Assembly: GCA_963665235.2 (NCBI GenBank)
Contig: CAXXLX010000002.1
Span: 256,001-320,000 of the forward strand
DNA from: Candidatus Poribacteria bacterium
GTDB lineage: Bacteria; Poribacteria; WGA-4E; WGA-3G
Direction of reading: 5' to 3'
Length of the DNA: 64,000 bases
Each line of letters starts with the position of its first letter. Positions within the stretch are counted from its first letter, which is position 1. Below the pieces are notes generated by a model. That model was given only the letters and a program-made list of their open reading frames with translations. It was not told where the DNA came from and ran no database searches. Below, one piece after another: positions 29,001-39,353 of this stretch. Position numbers and translations under genes: made by a program.

Positions 29001-29079
29001 TAAGATGTGTAACAATCAAAGTTTTGGGATTATAGATGGCTATCGTCTAATACCGAATTAAAAAAATTAATTTTCATTA

Positions 29080-29194
29080 CAGGACCTACGCAGCGCGTTG
29101 ATAAATCCTTATGATGGTGGGATTTAGAGGGAAACCTAGCGGGCGGGGGGACCCCGCCCCTACGAGCTTCTGTTCTAAATTTGCGTAAGTCCTG
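29080..29194 (+). mobile_element. MITE family B copy
   Basis: CAGGACCTACGCA ... TGCGTAAGTCCTG terminal inverted repeats around a GGGCGGGG/CCCCGCCC-CTAC REP. Confidence 0.8.
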
Positions 29195-29499
29195 TGTACA
29201 AGTTGTTCAGTATTAGCTCAGTATGGGCGATATGTTTATAGAAGCCGAGACCGTCCGCACACCTTAGTCCCATCGGGACGATATGTTTATAGAAGCCGAG
29301 ACCGCTCCGCTAGTACATTTCTGGTAGCAAGAAGTCTCTAACGCGTGTCAAAAATCTGCTTAGCATCACAAACTCCTGCCAATCGCCAGGATAATGAACG
29401 CAGTTCATTAAATCCTCCGAAATAGCCAATCGCTAATCGCCAATAAGCTAATTGCCAATACTATTTTTTATGAAGAAAAATGAAACAGTTCGCAACTAA

Positions 29500-29723
29500 T
29501 ACCATTTTTATTAATTATTCTATCATTACCGGTTGTTAGAAATGAAACGGAGAACGGAAGACCCAAACTAAAAGTTTATGCTACTAGAAAGCACGCAAAC
29601 TGGAAGTTTATGCTACTGGAAGTTTATGCTACAACAAAGCACAAACTGGAAGTTTATGCTACTACAAAGCACAAACTGGAAGTTTATGCTACTACAAAGA
29701 GACATTTTCAATTAGGAATGGTA
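29500..29723 (+). mobile_element. MITE family A copy
   Basis: TACCATT...AATGGTA ends, TAA on both flanks, several internal AAACTGGAAGTTTATGCTAC units. Confidence 0.88.
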
Positions 29724-30203
29724 TAACATAACAGAAACCCAAAACATTTTTCGGAGGCAAGCGGTGCGTTTGCAACCCACCTGACCAGCCACCGATAGCG
29801 TGTGCCAAAAAGTGTAACTTATGCACCGGTTTTGTACAAAAACTTTACACACCCTGAACAACAGACAATTTTCCTCAGGGCCATTTAGTTTTACAGATTC
29901 ACTTTATATCTGTGTATATGTTCCTCTGTAGGAGCGTGCTTCGCACGCGATAGAGGACATCACATATTCCCATACAAACTCGCTGGGGCACAATAGAGCA
30001 AACCCATTAGCACCCGTATTTGGGAGACCAGCAGCCCACCCCCTAATATCGCGAGCACAGCTCGCTCCTACATAAGAGCAGTCTTCAAAAACCGGCGAAA
30101 AATATCGAAAACTAAATGGCCCTGCAATTTTCCTTGATAAATGTTCTAAAAATTGGTAAAATAGTAGATATAGATAGAATTATTTTAGGAAGGAGAGAAA
30201 AAA

Positions 30204-31466
30204 ATGAAACGTTTCTGCACGTATCTGTTGTTGATAGGTTTGTGCTTCTGTATCAGGATAGGTGTTATTTCTACAAGTGATGCGGCAACCTCGGAGGAGG
30301 CGGCAACCTCGGCGGAGGCAAAGCCTTCCACAAAACGGATAGCTGTCCTGTATTTTGAGGACCATAGCGGATTTGATTCTTCAACTGGATGTGGATGTGT
30401 TCCGGGCTTTGTCGGGAAAATTTTCGGTACTAAGAAACACTGGGACTTGGCGGAGGGGTTTGAAACGATGCTAAATCGGAGGCTCGCTGAAACGACTGTG
30501 TATGAACCGGTGTCACAAACTGAAATGCTGGATGCAATGGCAGAGATGACGCTCTCACGCCACGGTCTGAAAAAACTGGATAAGGCACAACGCGCAACGT
30601 TTGCTAAACATCTGAACGCGGATGTGCTTGTTATCGGGGATATCCGCGAGTTCAAGCAACCTCGGATGAAGGCGAATGCTTCGCGGAGTTTGGCAGAAAG
30701 CGGTAGAGAATCGGCAAATTTAGATACCACTGCCAGCTATAAAGTTCCGCTTGAGGTGTTGGGATATCGCTATGTTGCTAAGGTGAAGCTGAACATGAAA
30801 TTTTATAATTCGGTTGGCAATGAAATTGAAGTGCCGCAGATTTCGATTTCCCTAAATCACCTCTACGCGGGTACACGTCTTGCTGCGCTACAAGCTAGCA
30901 TAACAGAAGATGGAACGAACTTACAGCTTGGACAATCAACAGACAGAAACCGGCGGAATGCCCGGCCGATTGTCAAACCTCAAGCACTGGATAAAATCAA
31001 ATTCGCAACCCCGATGTATGATAAAACACTGCTCGGCATGGCAACAAACAGAGCACTCATTAAGGTGGTCTTGGCACTTCGGGACAACTTCGGACCGAAT
31101 TTTATAACGCCCTGGGAAAGTGCTGCGGCGGATGAGGCGGCGAAGAAAAACGCAATGAAAAACGCAGATAACCGCCCTATTAAAATTACATATATTGATA
31201 GTGAAAATCCTGAGCTGATTTATATCAATGCGGGTTCAGGACGCGGCTTGGCGATAAATCAACAGTTCGCAGTTTACACGGATAGTGAGCCGATTCGCGA
31301 CATCGATACCGGCGAGATTCTGGATTACGCGAAAAAGAGAATAGCGACTGTGACTATTACGGAAATTCGCAATGATAGACTTGCTATCGTGAAAATTGTT
31401 GATAAGAAAGAGGACCTGAAAAGAGGGGATGTTCTTAAGGATATACCGGCTCATGAAAGCAACTAA
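30204..31466 (+). CDS. Secreted CsgG/FlgT-like protein
   Basis: Signal peptide; KRIAVLYFED...LNADVLVIGDIREF (CsgG/TolB-N-like); C-terminal IYINAGSGRGL..F.VY..IRDIDTGEIL (FlgT C-terminal-like). Confidence 0.65.
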   Translation: MKRFCTYLLLIGLCFCIRIGVISTSDAATSEEAATSAEAKPSTKRIAVLYFEDHSGFDSSTGCGCVPGFVGKIFGTKKHWDLAEGFETMLNRRLAETTVYEPVSQTEMLDAMAEMTLSRHGLKKLDKAQRATFAKHLNADVLVIGDIREFKQPRMKANASRSLAESGRESANLDTTASYKVPLEVLGYRYVAKVKLNMKFYNSVGNEIEVPQISISLNHLYAGTRLAALQASITEDGTNLQLGQSTDRNRRNARPIVKPQALDKIKFATPMYDKTLLGMATNRALIKVVLALRDNFGPNFITPWESAAADEAAKKNAMKNADNRPIKITYIDSENPELIYINAGSGRGLAINQQFAVYTDSEPIRDIDTGEILDYAKKRIATVTITEIRNDRLAIVKIVDKKEDLKRGDVLKDIPAHESN

Positions 31467-31582
31467 TACCATTTTTATTAATTATTCTATCATTACCGGT
31501 TGTTAGAAATGAAACGGAGAACGGAAGACCCAAACTGGAAGTTTATGCTACAATAAAGAGACATTTCCAATTAGAAATGGTA
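31467..31582 (+). mobile_element. MITE family A minimal copy (116 bp, one internal unit)
   Basis: TACCATT...AATGGTA with TAA on both flanks; the left TAA is the stop codon of the upstream gene. Confidence 0.88.
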
Positions 31583-31620
31583 TAACAACAGTAATTTCGG
31601 AATAGGCATATAGCCAACTT

Positions 31621-32778
31621 GTGCCTGCAACTTTAAAAATAGTGGAGGGTTTATCAATGATTCGCAGGAACGGTCAATGCATGTATAAAAATGGAGGCGG
31701 CGTGCTCGGCGCGCGGCTCTCTTTTCTCCTTGTTGTGGTGTGTGCGGTTGTGATGCTGTTCAGCTGCGCTGACCCATCTAATCAGAAGAAATCTGATACA
31801 ACGACACCCAACGAACAGGTGACCCCATCAGAGAAGAAAATTAAGATTGGGTTGTCTATGGATTCACTACGGGTTGAGCGGTGGCAGAAGGACCGGGATA
31901 TTTTCATCGCAGAGGCGGAAAAATTAGGGGCTGAAGTCATCGTCCAATCCGCCGATGGGGATGAACGGAAACAGAACGAACAAGCGGAAAATATGATTAC
32001 GCAGGGTGTGGATGTCCTCGTTGTGATTCCCAAGGATAGTGTGGCTTCATCTCAAATTGTGAAAGCAGCACATGCGGAGGGGATTAAGGTTATCGCTTAT
32101 GACCGGTTAATTCGCGAGAGCGCACCTGATCTTTACATCTCTTTTGATAACGAACAGGTTGGGTATTTGCAGGCGGAATATCTTCTTCGGCAGAAACCGA
32201 AGGGCAATTATTTTCTGCTTGGCGGCGCGCCGACCGATAATAACGCCCAACTTTTACGTCAGGGGCAACTTCGTGCGTTGCAACCGGCTATTGATAAGGG
32301 GGATATTCGATTGGTGGCAGATGGTAAACATTGGGCGGTCAATTGGGCACCACGGGATGCGCTTCAAAAGACGGAGCAGGTCTTGACACGGACAAATAAT
32401 CAGGTAGATGCTGTTGTTGCGTCTAATGATGGGACAGCAGGTGGGGTTATTCAGGCACTTGAGGAACAAAACCTCGCTGGAACGGTTATAGTCTCTGGGC
32501 AGGATGCGGAGCTTGCTGCATGTCAACGGATTGTCAAAGGCACGCAAACGGTGACGGTTTACAAGCCGATTCGTCTTATTGCAACGAAGGCGGCGCAAGC
32601 AGCTGTTGCCCTTGCAAAGGGTGAACCCGTTGGAGATGCGATTCAGAAGGTTAACAATGGCAAAATTGATGTACCGTCCGTTCTTCTCACGCCTATTCAG
32701 GTAGATAAGGATAATCTTGATGATGTCGTTATTAAGGATGGGTTTCATACTCGTGAGGCGGTCTACCAAACGGAGTAG
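31621..32778 (+). CDS. xylF: D-xylose ABC transporter substrate-binding protein (start uncertain)
   Basis: IGLSMDSLRVERWQKDRDIF, KVIAYDRLI, YISFDNEQVG, GGAPTDNNA, ASNDGTAGG, SGQDAELAA, TVYKPI. Confidence 0.88.
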   Translation: MPATLKIVEGLSMIRRNGQCMYKNGGGVLGARLSFLLVVVCAVVMLFSCADPSNQKKSDTTTPNEQVTPSEKKIKIGLSMDSLRVERWQKDRDIFIAEAEKLGAEVIVQSADGDERKQNEQAENMITQGVDVLVVIPKDSVASSQIVKAAHAEGIKVIAYDRLIRESAPDLYISFDNEQVGYLQAEYLLRQKPKGNYFLLGGAPTDNNAQLLRQGQLRALQPAIDKGDIRLVADGKHWAVNWAPRDALQKTEQVLTRTNNQVDAVVASNDGTAGGVIQALEEQNLAGTVIVSGQDAELAACQRIVKGTQTVTVYKPIRLIATKAAQAAVALAKGEPVGDAIQKVNNGKIDVPSVLLTPIQVDKDNLDDVVIKDGFHTREAVYQTE

Positions 32779-32822
32779 AGTGTTCAGGGTGTGTAAGGGT
32801 AGACGAATAGGGGTGGACCAAA

Positions 32823-33107
32823 ATGTCAGTATCACAAATCATTTGTGAAATAGATGAGGTGATTAGAGATACGCATATACCGCGAGGAAATAGGATTAAA
32901 AATCTACAAAACCTTGCAATGGCATGCTGGCAAGAAGTTGTTCCAGAATACGAAAATCCAGAAATCTTTAGCAAACTTGCAACGGATGAAATACAGAGAC
33001 GTTGGGCAAGTGTCCGTAATGAAGTTGAGAAATATGAGACAAAATCCCAGATTTTGTATGTGCTCGACTGGCCGGCTTCCAGTGGTGATTTCTATTGGGT
33101 GAAGTGA
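32823..33107 (+). CDS. Small hypothetical protein
   Basis: 94-aa ORF, co-oriented after xylF, with a plausible RBS; no motif recognised. Confidence 0.5.
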   Translation: MSVSQIICEIDEVIRDTHIPRGNRIKNLQNLAMACWQEVVPEYENPEIFSKLATDEIQRRWASVRNEVEKYETKSQILYVLDWPASSGDFYWVK

Positions 33108-33337
33108 ACCCTTAGCGGAATAGCCCCAAACGTCAGAAAAGCGTTGTAGGTGCCCGAATGTCTTATAGTGAAACCAAAAATATTGCGGCACTTTTTGGCA
33201 CGACGGGCAATGAATTGCCCTACTACGAACGGCACAACGGGCAATGAATGGTTCCCCTACTAGAGGAGCGGGCTTGTTTGCCCGAATACTGAGTTTATGT
33301 TCTAAATTTGCGTAAGTCCTGATGGTGTAACTTGGGT

Positions 33338-33475
33338 CAGGACTTACGCAGCGCATTGATAGGTCCTTATGATAATGATATTTAAGAGGGGATAGCGGGC
33401 GAGGGGACCTCGCCTTAGAGGAGCGGGCTTGTTGCCCGAATACTGAGTTTATGTTCTAAATTTGCGTAAGTCCTG
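33338..33475 (+). mobile_element. MITE family B copy with a 6-bp target duplication
   Basis: CAGGACTTACGCA...TGCGTAAGTCCTG flanked by TTGGGT on both sides; another right half ends at 33321. Confidence 0.88.
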
Positions 33476-33494
33476 TTGGGTTATAGTATCCTGT

Positions 33495-34937
33495 TTAGAG
33501 CGACATTAAAAACGCAATAAGCGCGTCGCGTTCTGTTTTTGACATCTGTAAGGTTGCTTGGCGTGATGCTTCCGCTTCGCCGCCGTGCCAGAGAATTGCT
33601 TCCATCAGGTTGCGTGCTCTGCCATCGTGAAGGAAGTTGGTATGCCCATTTACTGTTTCCACTAAGCCGATACCCCACAAGGGGGGTGTCCGCCATTCTG
33701 TACCGGTTGCATGAAAATCGGGACGGTTATCTGCTAAACCGGGCCCCATGTCGTGCAACAATAGGTCTGTATATGGATGAATTGTCTGATTGCTGACTGA
33801 GGGTACACCGATTAGAACCCCGGTTCTTAATGTCGGAATATGACAGGTTGCACATTGTGCTTGTGCAAAAAGCTGTTCGCCGTGGTTGACCTGTGGGTCG
33901 TTATGCCTTCGGCGCGCAGGCACGGCTAACGTTTGCACATAGAACGTTACGACGTCTAAAATATCGTCGCTGACTTCCGGTGTTGTGCTATGTTGAGTGT
34001 GCTGCGGTTGTCCCGCAGAATTTTCAGTGAGGAAGAGCGAAGTGGTTATCCCCATATCATCATGATAGGCGGAGGCAACCTGCTGTAGTAGCGTGGGCTG
34101 GTTCGCTTTCCATCCGAACCGGCCAAGGACATACTGTTTTCTGACCACATCCCACACAAAATTGGGTTTCCCCGAAATACCATCGCCGTTCACATCCATT
34201 TCATCGGCATAAGCGAGGATGGTTTTTTCAGGAATTGCCTCTAATAAGCCGAGCCCAAAGACAACGGGTGCCACACGTGGCGATACCTCCACATTCTTTG
34301 GCAGCGGTTGATATGTTTCGGTGAGGGTGTAGTTTGGATAACGCAGGTGTACACGGGTGCCATCCGATGCTGTCAAGGTCTGCTCGGTATAGTCAATTTT
34401 GACTGTTCCCTCTGGACTTTTTCCGTAGATAGCCCGGTTATTCAGTTGTGTGCCGAAGCCCGGGACTGGGGTTGGCGGTTGTGCGGTTTGCCCTCCGTTA
34501 GGCTGCTGCGATTCGGTATCAGCCCCTTCTTCCGCAGTCGGTTTGGGTAGGCTGAGTCTGAAGAGGAGCGATGTGAGTTTCTCGTTAGGGCCCGGTGGCC
34601 GTCCTCGACCATCGCGGGTGTGACAGTTGATACACGAAATATTGTTGTAGATGGGCCCGAGACCGGGATTGACTACGGCGGGGGCAGTGACAAAAACGGC
34701 TTCAAATTCTACATCCCCCTCGAGATGCTTTTCAAGTGCTGCCGCGGATAGATTGGGGGCGGGGGTTGAGAACGCATGGCTTGACGCATCAAATACAGTG
34801 GTCTCGCCGCCAGAAAGGGCACTCGTGGAAGATATGGGCATCGATTCTCCGTCTACTGGTGACTTCGAATCACATGCGATTAGGAGAATGGATACGAGAA
34901 ACGTTAGCAGATAAGGTAAACTACGAAAATGTTTCAT
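33495..34937 (-). CDS. Di-heme oxidoreductase (DHOR) family lipoprotein
   Basis: GLGPIYN..SCINCH, GLGLLEAI, GRFGWKA, CATCH, TDLLLHDMG, WRTPPLWGIG, LHDGRAR...WHGGEA. Confidence 0.92.
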   Translation of the reverse strand: MKHFRSLPYLLTFLVSILLIACDSKSPVDGESMPISSTSALSGGETTVFDASSHAFSTPAPNLSAAALEKHLEGDVEFEAVFVTAPAVVNPGLGPIYNNISCINCHTRDGRGRPPGPNEKLTSLLFRLSLPKPTAEEGADTESQQPNGGQTAQPPTPVPGFGTQLNNRAIYGKSPEGTVKIDYTEQTLTASDGTRVHLRYPNYTLTETYQPLPKNVEVSPRVAPVVFGLGLLEAIPEKTILAYADEMDVNGDGISGKPNFVWDVVRKQYVLGRFGWKANQPTLLQQVASAYHDDMGITTSLFLTENSAGQPQHTQHSTTPEVSDDILDVVTFYVQTLAVPARRRHNDPQVNHGEQLFAQAQCATCHIPTLRTGVLIGVPSVSNQTIHPYTDLLLHDMGPGLADNRPDFHATGTEWRTPPLWGIGLVETVNGHTNFLHDGRARNLMEAILWHGGEAEASRQATLQMSKTERDALIAFLMSL

Positions 34938-35275
34938 TGTTATTGGCTCACTGGCTATTGGCTATTGGCTATTGGCTATTGGCAAGAGGTTTGTGATTCT
35001 AAGAACATATCTGAAGCGCGTCAGAGACCTCTTTCTCTTGCTAAAGGTTTCGGCTTATGTAAAAAATATAGTGAAATCTATGCAGGAAACGCACGGGCTG
35101 GGGGACCCTGCCCCTACGAACAACGGACACACACGGACTGGGAAACCTAGGGGAAACACCCCAGCAAAAACACCCCTACGAACAACGCATTGTTTAAGAT
35201 GGGGAACAGCCTTACGACTGTTCCCGACGAAACGAAATAGTCTGTACATACTTACAAAGCATGCTGACCTTATTC

Positions 35276-36406
35276 TTAATTAAATTCGCTCTTTTCAACG
35301 AGCGGGAGTATATCTTGCCGAATCGTTTGCTGGACCTTGAGCACAGCGTCAATCGCTGCTTGGACAGATGGCCGGCCGGTGGTAATTGCATCACGGAACG
35401 GGTTTGGAATAGCACCGATGGCATCAATTGCTGCCTGAACTTCTGTTTGGAAACGGGTGTCCAATTCAGCGTCTTTACTGCTGACAAATTCGTTGAGGCC
35501 TACGCCATCTTGGACGAATTTGCCCATGTAAACGTTCTGAATTCCGCGGATGTTGTCTTGGAAGTCAGCGATGGAGTTAAAGCTGAATTGGGATTCAACG
35601 AGTGTGGTGTCCTTTTCTTTGTAAGGGTCGGCGATTTTGCCGGTGCCAACTTCATCGGCGATAACGTCCATGCCGTTGATTATTTCTTGTACCCCGGCAC
35701 TCTGTGATGTATAGACAGAATTTCCTTCCTTCCCAGCTGTAGCGACAGTGTTGCTGAAATTTTCACCCGTTGGTGCCCACGCGAGTTTCAACTGTTCGGT
35801 ACTCGCCTTGAGGTTTTCTGTTGCGGAAACGAGGTATTCCAATTCTCGTTCGGTTATGTCTGATGCTTTGCGCTGATTTCCCTCACGGAACAGCAGAAAT
35901 TCGATGGTATGGAATCCTTTTTTTTCATCGTCCAATCTACCGACATAATCCACGGTTAAGTCATCCTTTCCATCTAAAATAGCTTGTAGGTCGACCTGAT
36001 TGACGGGCCAGGTGTCTAAAGCGGGGTCTAGGCCTTGTGTGTCAACGGGCCCGAATAGAAAGGCTTCGCTCTTTTCCCACGGTGTTCGTGTTGCCTTCCA
36101 AGCTTGTTGTGCTTTCTCAAGGTTTGCCTGGGTTGGAGCGGTTTCCAACGTCTTGACAGCAGCTAACAGTGCGCCCGCTTTGCTATCCAAATCGGTGTAG
36201 GTTGCTAAGACGACAGTATTTGCGAAATCGCTGAGCATCGGGCTTGCGTCGAAAGCTTCACCCGTTGCGGGTTCATCTGTGTCATCGTTGTTATCGCATC
36301 CCACAATAAGGGACAATGTGAGTAGCGCACAGCATAAGCCGATTGTAAGTGTTGAAAACCCATGAGCTGGATTTCTGAAAAGTGTCCAAATATTAGAGTC
36401 CTTCAT
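35276..36406 (-). CDS. Imelysin-family (IrpA-like) iron-regulated lipoprotein
   Basis: Lipobox IVGC, WEKSEAFLFGP, DTWP, GFHTIEFLLF (GxHxxE), ESQFSFNS..DF.DNI. Confidence 0.9.
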   Translation of the reverse strand: MKDSNIWTLFRNPAHGFSTLTIGLCCALLTLSLIVGCDNNDDTDEPATGEAFDASPMLSDFANTVVLATYTDLDSKAGALLAAVKTLETAPTQANLEKAQQAWKATRTPWEKSEAFLFGPVDTQGLDPALDTWPVNQVDLQAILDGKDDLTVDYVGRLDDEKKGFHTIEFLLFREGNQRKASDITERELEYLVSATENLKASTEQLKLAWAPTGENFSNTVATAGKEGNSVYTSQSAGVQEIINGMDVIADEVGTGKIADPYKEKDTTLVESQFSFNSIADFQDNIRGIQNVYMGKFVQDGVGLNEFVSSKDAELDTRFQTEVQAAIDAIGAIPNPFRDAITTGRPSVQAAIDAVLKVQQTIRQDILPLVEKSEFN

Positions 36407-36441
36407 AAAAACCTCCGTTTTTTACCGATAACTAATAATCA

Positions 36442-37665
36442 TTAATATTGAAATCCGATGCCAAGTGCAAAGGTATTTTCTCGATTTTTTTCAGCTGCAG
36501 CTAACCGCCGCAGTGCGTAATGACTTTTGAAAACTAGCTGTGGGTGGATGTGGTAGTTAATCCCAAAGGTCCACACACTTCTTTCCCACCGGGGATTGTC
36601 AGAGACAGGCGCTTCAACGCTTGCCATGGTGTCGTAAAAATCGTAACGTGCGAACACATCTAATCTATCGGCAGACGCGTTTTGTCCGAATGATAGAACG
36701 TCGTACCCTGCCTCAAGATACCAGCCGAGGGCAGAACTGCCCACCGGTGTCCGCTTCACATTGAGATTATTGGAAAGGGACCGGTTGATTTTAGACAACT
36801 GTGCGGCGTTTTCAAGCGTCCCGTAGAGGAACATCCCTCGGACTTTCACAGCAGTCACCTCGTAAAACCCGTGAAGGCTCACAATGCCAACGTGTGCATC
36901 AAAATCGGCATCCGGTTTGGGACGGTTCGCTGCTGCATCGCCGTAATAGCCTGAGAGCCCGACGGTTGCGTTCTCATGAAACACATAATCGAGTCGGCCG
37001 ACGAATGCTGGGGCTTCAGCGTTGACTGTCTCAAATCGGAGTTGATGCCCGGGAACTATCCAGTGCCGTGAGCTAAAGCCGGTAGAGTCCAATCCGTTGA
37101 CAATTTGCGCTTGATAGTTTAAAGCACCGACCGCGCCGAAAATTTCAACCCCTGTCTCATGCCAGATGGTCGGAATGAGATGTGTCTCTGCTTCAGGACG
37201 GGTTGTGGTAAAGTAGTGGTGCGGTCGATGTCGTTTCGCAACAAGTCCGACGGGAACAATAATATGTCCGATGCGAAGATTGAATGCCGATTGAATTGAG
37301 AAAACGACGGCAAGTTTTTCGACGATAACTTCGCCGCCTTTTTCTACCTCTAACTCAAATTCACCGAACTCTTCAAATTTGTCAAATTCCATTGTGCTAC
37401 CGGTACCACCGTGCTCAAATTCCAATTCTGCCTCAAGCCGGATGGTGTCGTTGATACGGTATTTCGGTGCGACGACGAGACGTTCCACGTCAATTGCGGA
37501 GGGCCTTTTCGGTTCAAAGTCCCAATCGAAATTGGCGTAGTGGATTACACCGTATCCGGAGACCGAGAATGGGTTTGACTCCGCAATAGCAGTGTTGCAA
37601 TTAGGAATCGCTCCTACCAAGATAAACATTCCCCAAACGATGAGGAAAAGCGGTATTTCTTTCAT
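36442..37665 (-). CDS. Outer-membrane porin associated with imelysin iron-uptake loci
   Basis: Signal peptide, SGYGVIHY, AELEFEHGG, IPTIWHETG, C-terminal GIGFQY. Probable start MKEIPLF at 37665. Confidence 0.8.
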   Translation of the reverse strand: MKEIPLFLIVWGMFILVGAIPNCNTAIAESNPFSVSGYGVIHYANFDWDFEPKRPSAIDVERLVVAPKYRINDTIRLEAELEFEHGGTGSTMEFDKFEEFGEFELEVEKGGEVIVEKLAVVFSIQSAFNLRIGHIIVPVGLVAKRHRPHHYFTTTRPEAETHLIPTIWHETGVEIFGAVGALNYQAQIVNGLDSTGFSSRHWIVPGHQLRFETVNAEAPAFVGRLDYVFHENATVGLSGYYGDAAANRPKPDADFDAHVGIVSLHGFYEVTAVKVRGMFLYGTLENAAQLSKINRSLSNNLNVKRTPVGSSALGWYLEAGYDVLSFGQNASADRLDVFARYDFYDTMASVEAPVSDNPRWERSVWTFGINYHIHPQLVFKSHYALRRLAAAEKNRENTFALGIGFQY

Positions 37666-37680
37666 AAATCTCTCTTTTTT

Positions 37681-37781
37681 GATATTGAGATTCATTATCA
37701 TATAAAGATATGTGTAAGAATGGGATTTTGACCTTTTGTCAAATGTCCCATGTTCGAAAAAAGATAACGAATCTCATTATC
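37681..37781. promoter_or_regulatory. Two Fur-box-like operators
   Basis: GATAATGAATCTCAATATC (minus, 37681-37699) and GATAACGAATCTCATTATC (37763-37781); each matches GATAATGATAATCATTATC at 15 of 19 positions. Both lie upstream of porin-imelysin-DHOR. Confidence 0.8.
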
Positions 37782-38345
37782 TTTAAAATCCTATTCCCTT
37801 AATTATACACGCGATTTTTATGAATGTCAAGAAAAAATCAAGAAAATTTTGAAAAAAATCCAAATTTCCTAAAAAATCTGCACAAAATCGCATTTTTTTA
37901 AACTTTGGACAATTTTACGGGTGTAACGTTCTTGTCAAAGGGATAGGCGGAAGGGTGGAAGGGTGGAAGATTGGAAGGATGGAAGGGGGGATTTGGCGTT
38001 TGTGTTGTCAGAATCGCGGATTAGCGCGGAGGACACGGAGAACGCGGAAAAAGAGGGTTGTTGCTAACATCTACGCATTTTTTGAATGGAAACTGATTGT
38101 CTACACATATCGCCCCGCTGGGGCTAGGTTGTGTTTTGTTTGGGTTTTCTATAAACATATCGCCCCGCTGGGGCTGCGCTGCGTTTGTGTTGTCAGAATC
38201 GCGGAAGGCGCGGAAGACGCGGAGAACGCGGAAAGAAGAGGTTTTTTGGTAACATCTCCGCATTTGTGAAGGGAATGTGAGAAAGGGTGCGAAAAATCAG
38301 AGATGCTTTGCAAATCGGGCCTCAGGCTCACAGATAGTGTCCAAA

Positions 38346-39350
38346 CTATAGTAGCTCTTCATGATAGGCGAACAAGGCGGGAGTGCCGCCGGTGTGGAGA
38401 AAGATAACTGTCTCATCACGGCGGAATCGGCCCTGTTGGATATGCTCAATTAAACCAGCCATCGCCTTAGCTGTGTAAACAGGGTCGAGGAAGATGCCTT
38501 CCGTGTTTGCAACTAACTTGAGGGCGGCTATGCATTCTGGGGTAAGGTATCCGTAGGCTTTTCCGATGTAATCATCTGTGTTCTGTATATCCTCATCGGT
38601 GATAGGGGTGTCAAGTTCTAGGAGGGTTGCGGCGGAATTGGCGGCGGTGCGTATCCGTTCAATTTTACCGGGCCAGTGAATAGGTGCGAAGCCGAAAGGT
38701 TTCAACTTCATGTCGAGTGCCTTGGTGCCGAGGACCAAACCTGCCTGTGTGCCGCCGACAGATGCGGTGTAAATCCAATCTGCATCAATTCCGATATGTG
38801 CCTGCTGTTCATGAATTTCGGCGATGCACCAGACGAAGGCGACCGCGGCAAGGGCAGTTGAACGGGGAGAGGCAACAACATAAGGTTTCAACCCGTCTGC
38901 TTTCAGTTTATTGGCAAGTTCGTATTTGATAGCGTCTAGTTCTGGCCCGAACGGGACATCGACAACTTCTACATCCGCGCCTGTTAAGTGGTCTAGCAAC
39001 AGATTGCCTTGGTGGATGCTTTTGTGGTCTTCGGCGAGTCGGAGGTAGCAGTTTAGTCCGAGTTTGCCGCAAGCGGCGGCGGCTTGTCTGCAATGATTAG
39101 ATTGTGAGGCGGCCCCGTGCACAATTGTATCCGCCCCTTGGCTAACGGCTTCGCCGATAGTGAAGGTTAGCTGTCGGACCTTGTTTCCGCCGAATCCGAG
39201 TCCGGAGCAATCTTCGCGTTTGATGAAGATGCGGGGGCCGCCGAGTGCGTCAGAGAGGCGTGGGCATTCCTCAAGCGGTGTGGGGAAATGCCCGATATCT
39301 ACGATTGGCATTTGTGCAATCTTCTGAATGAGATGGTCTGGTGTTATCAC
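38346..39350 (-). CDS. D-cysteine desulfhydrase / ACC deaminase family PLP enzyme
   Basis: FPTPL, IKREDCSGLGFGGNKVR, QSNHCR, EGIFLDPVYTAKA, FLHTGG. Confidence 0.92.
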   Translation of the reverse strand: MITPDHLIQKIAQMPIVDIGHFPTPLEECPRLSDALGGPRIFIKREDCSGLGFGGNKVRQLTFTIGEAVSQGADTIVHGAASQSNHCRQAAAACGKLGLNCYLRLAEDHKSIHQGNLLLDHLTGADVEVVDVPFGPELDAIKYELANKLKADGLKPYVVASPRSTALAAVAFVWCIAEIHEQQAHIGIDADWIYTASVGGTQAGLVLGTKALDMKLKPFGFAPIHWPGKIERIRTAANSAATLLELDTPITDEDIQNTDDYIGKAYGYLTPECIAALKLVANTEGIFLDPVYTAKAMAGLIEHIQQGRFRRDETVIFLHTGGTPALFAYHEELL

Positions 39351-39353
39351 AAG

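Noticed and set aside
28731-29061. N-terminal extension of the TAXI ORF and overlapping GWKGGR-repeat ORFs
   Set aside because: Read-through of the octamer microsatellite; the lipoprotein signal begins at 28730.
32254-32835. 193-aa antisense ORF over xylF, and similar shadow ORFs across the cas genes
   Set aside because: They fully overlap well-supported genes and have no recognisable motifs.
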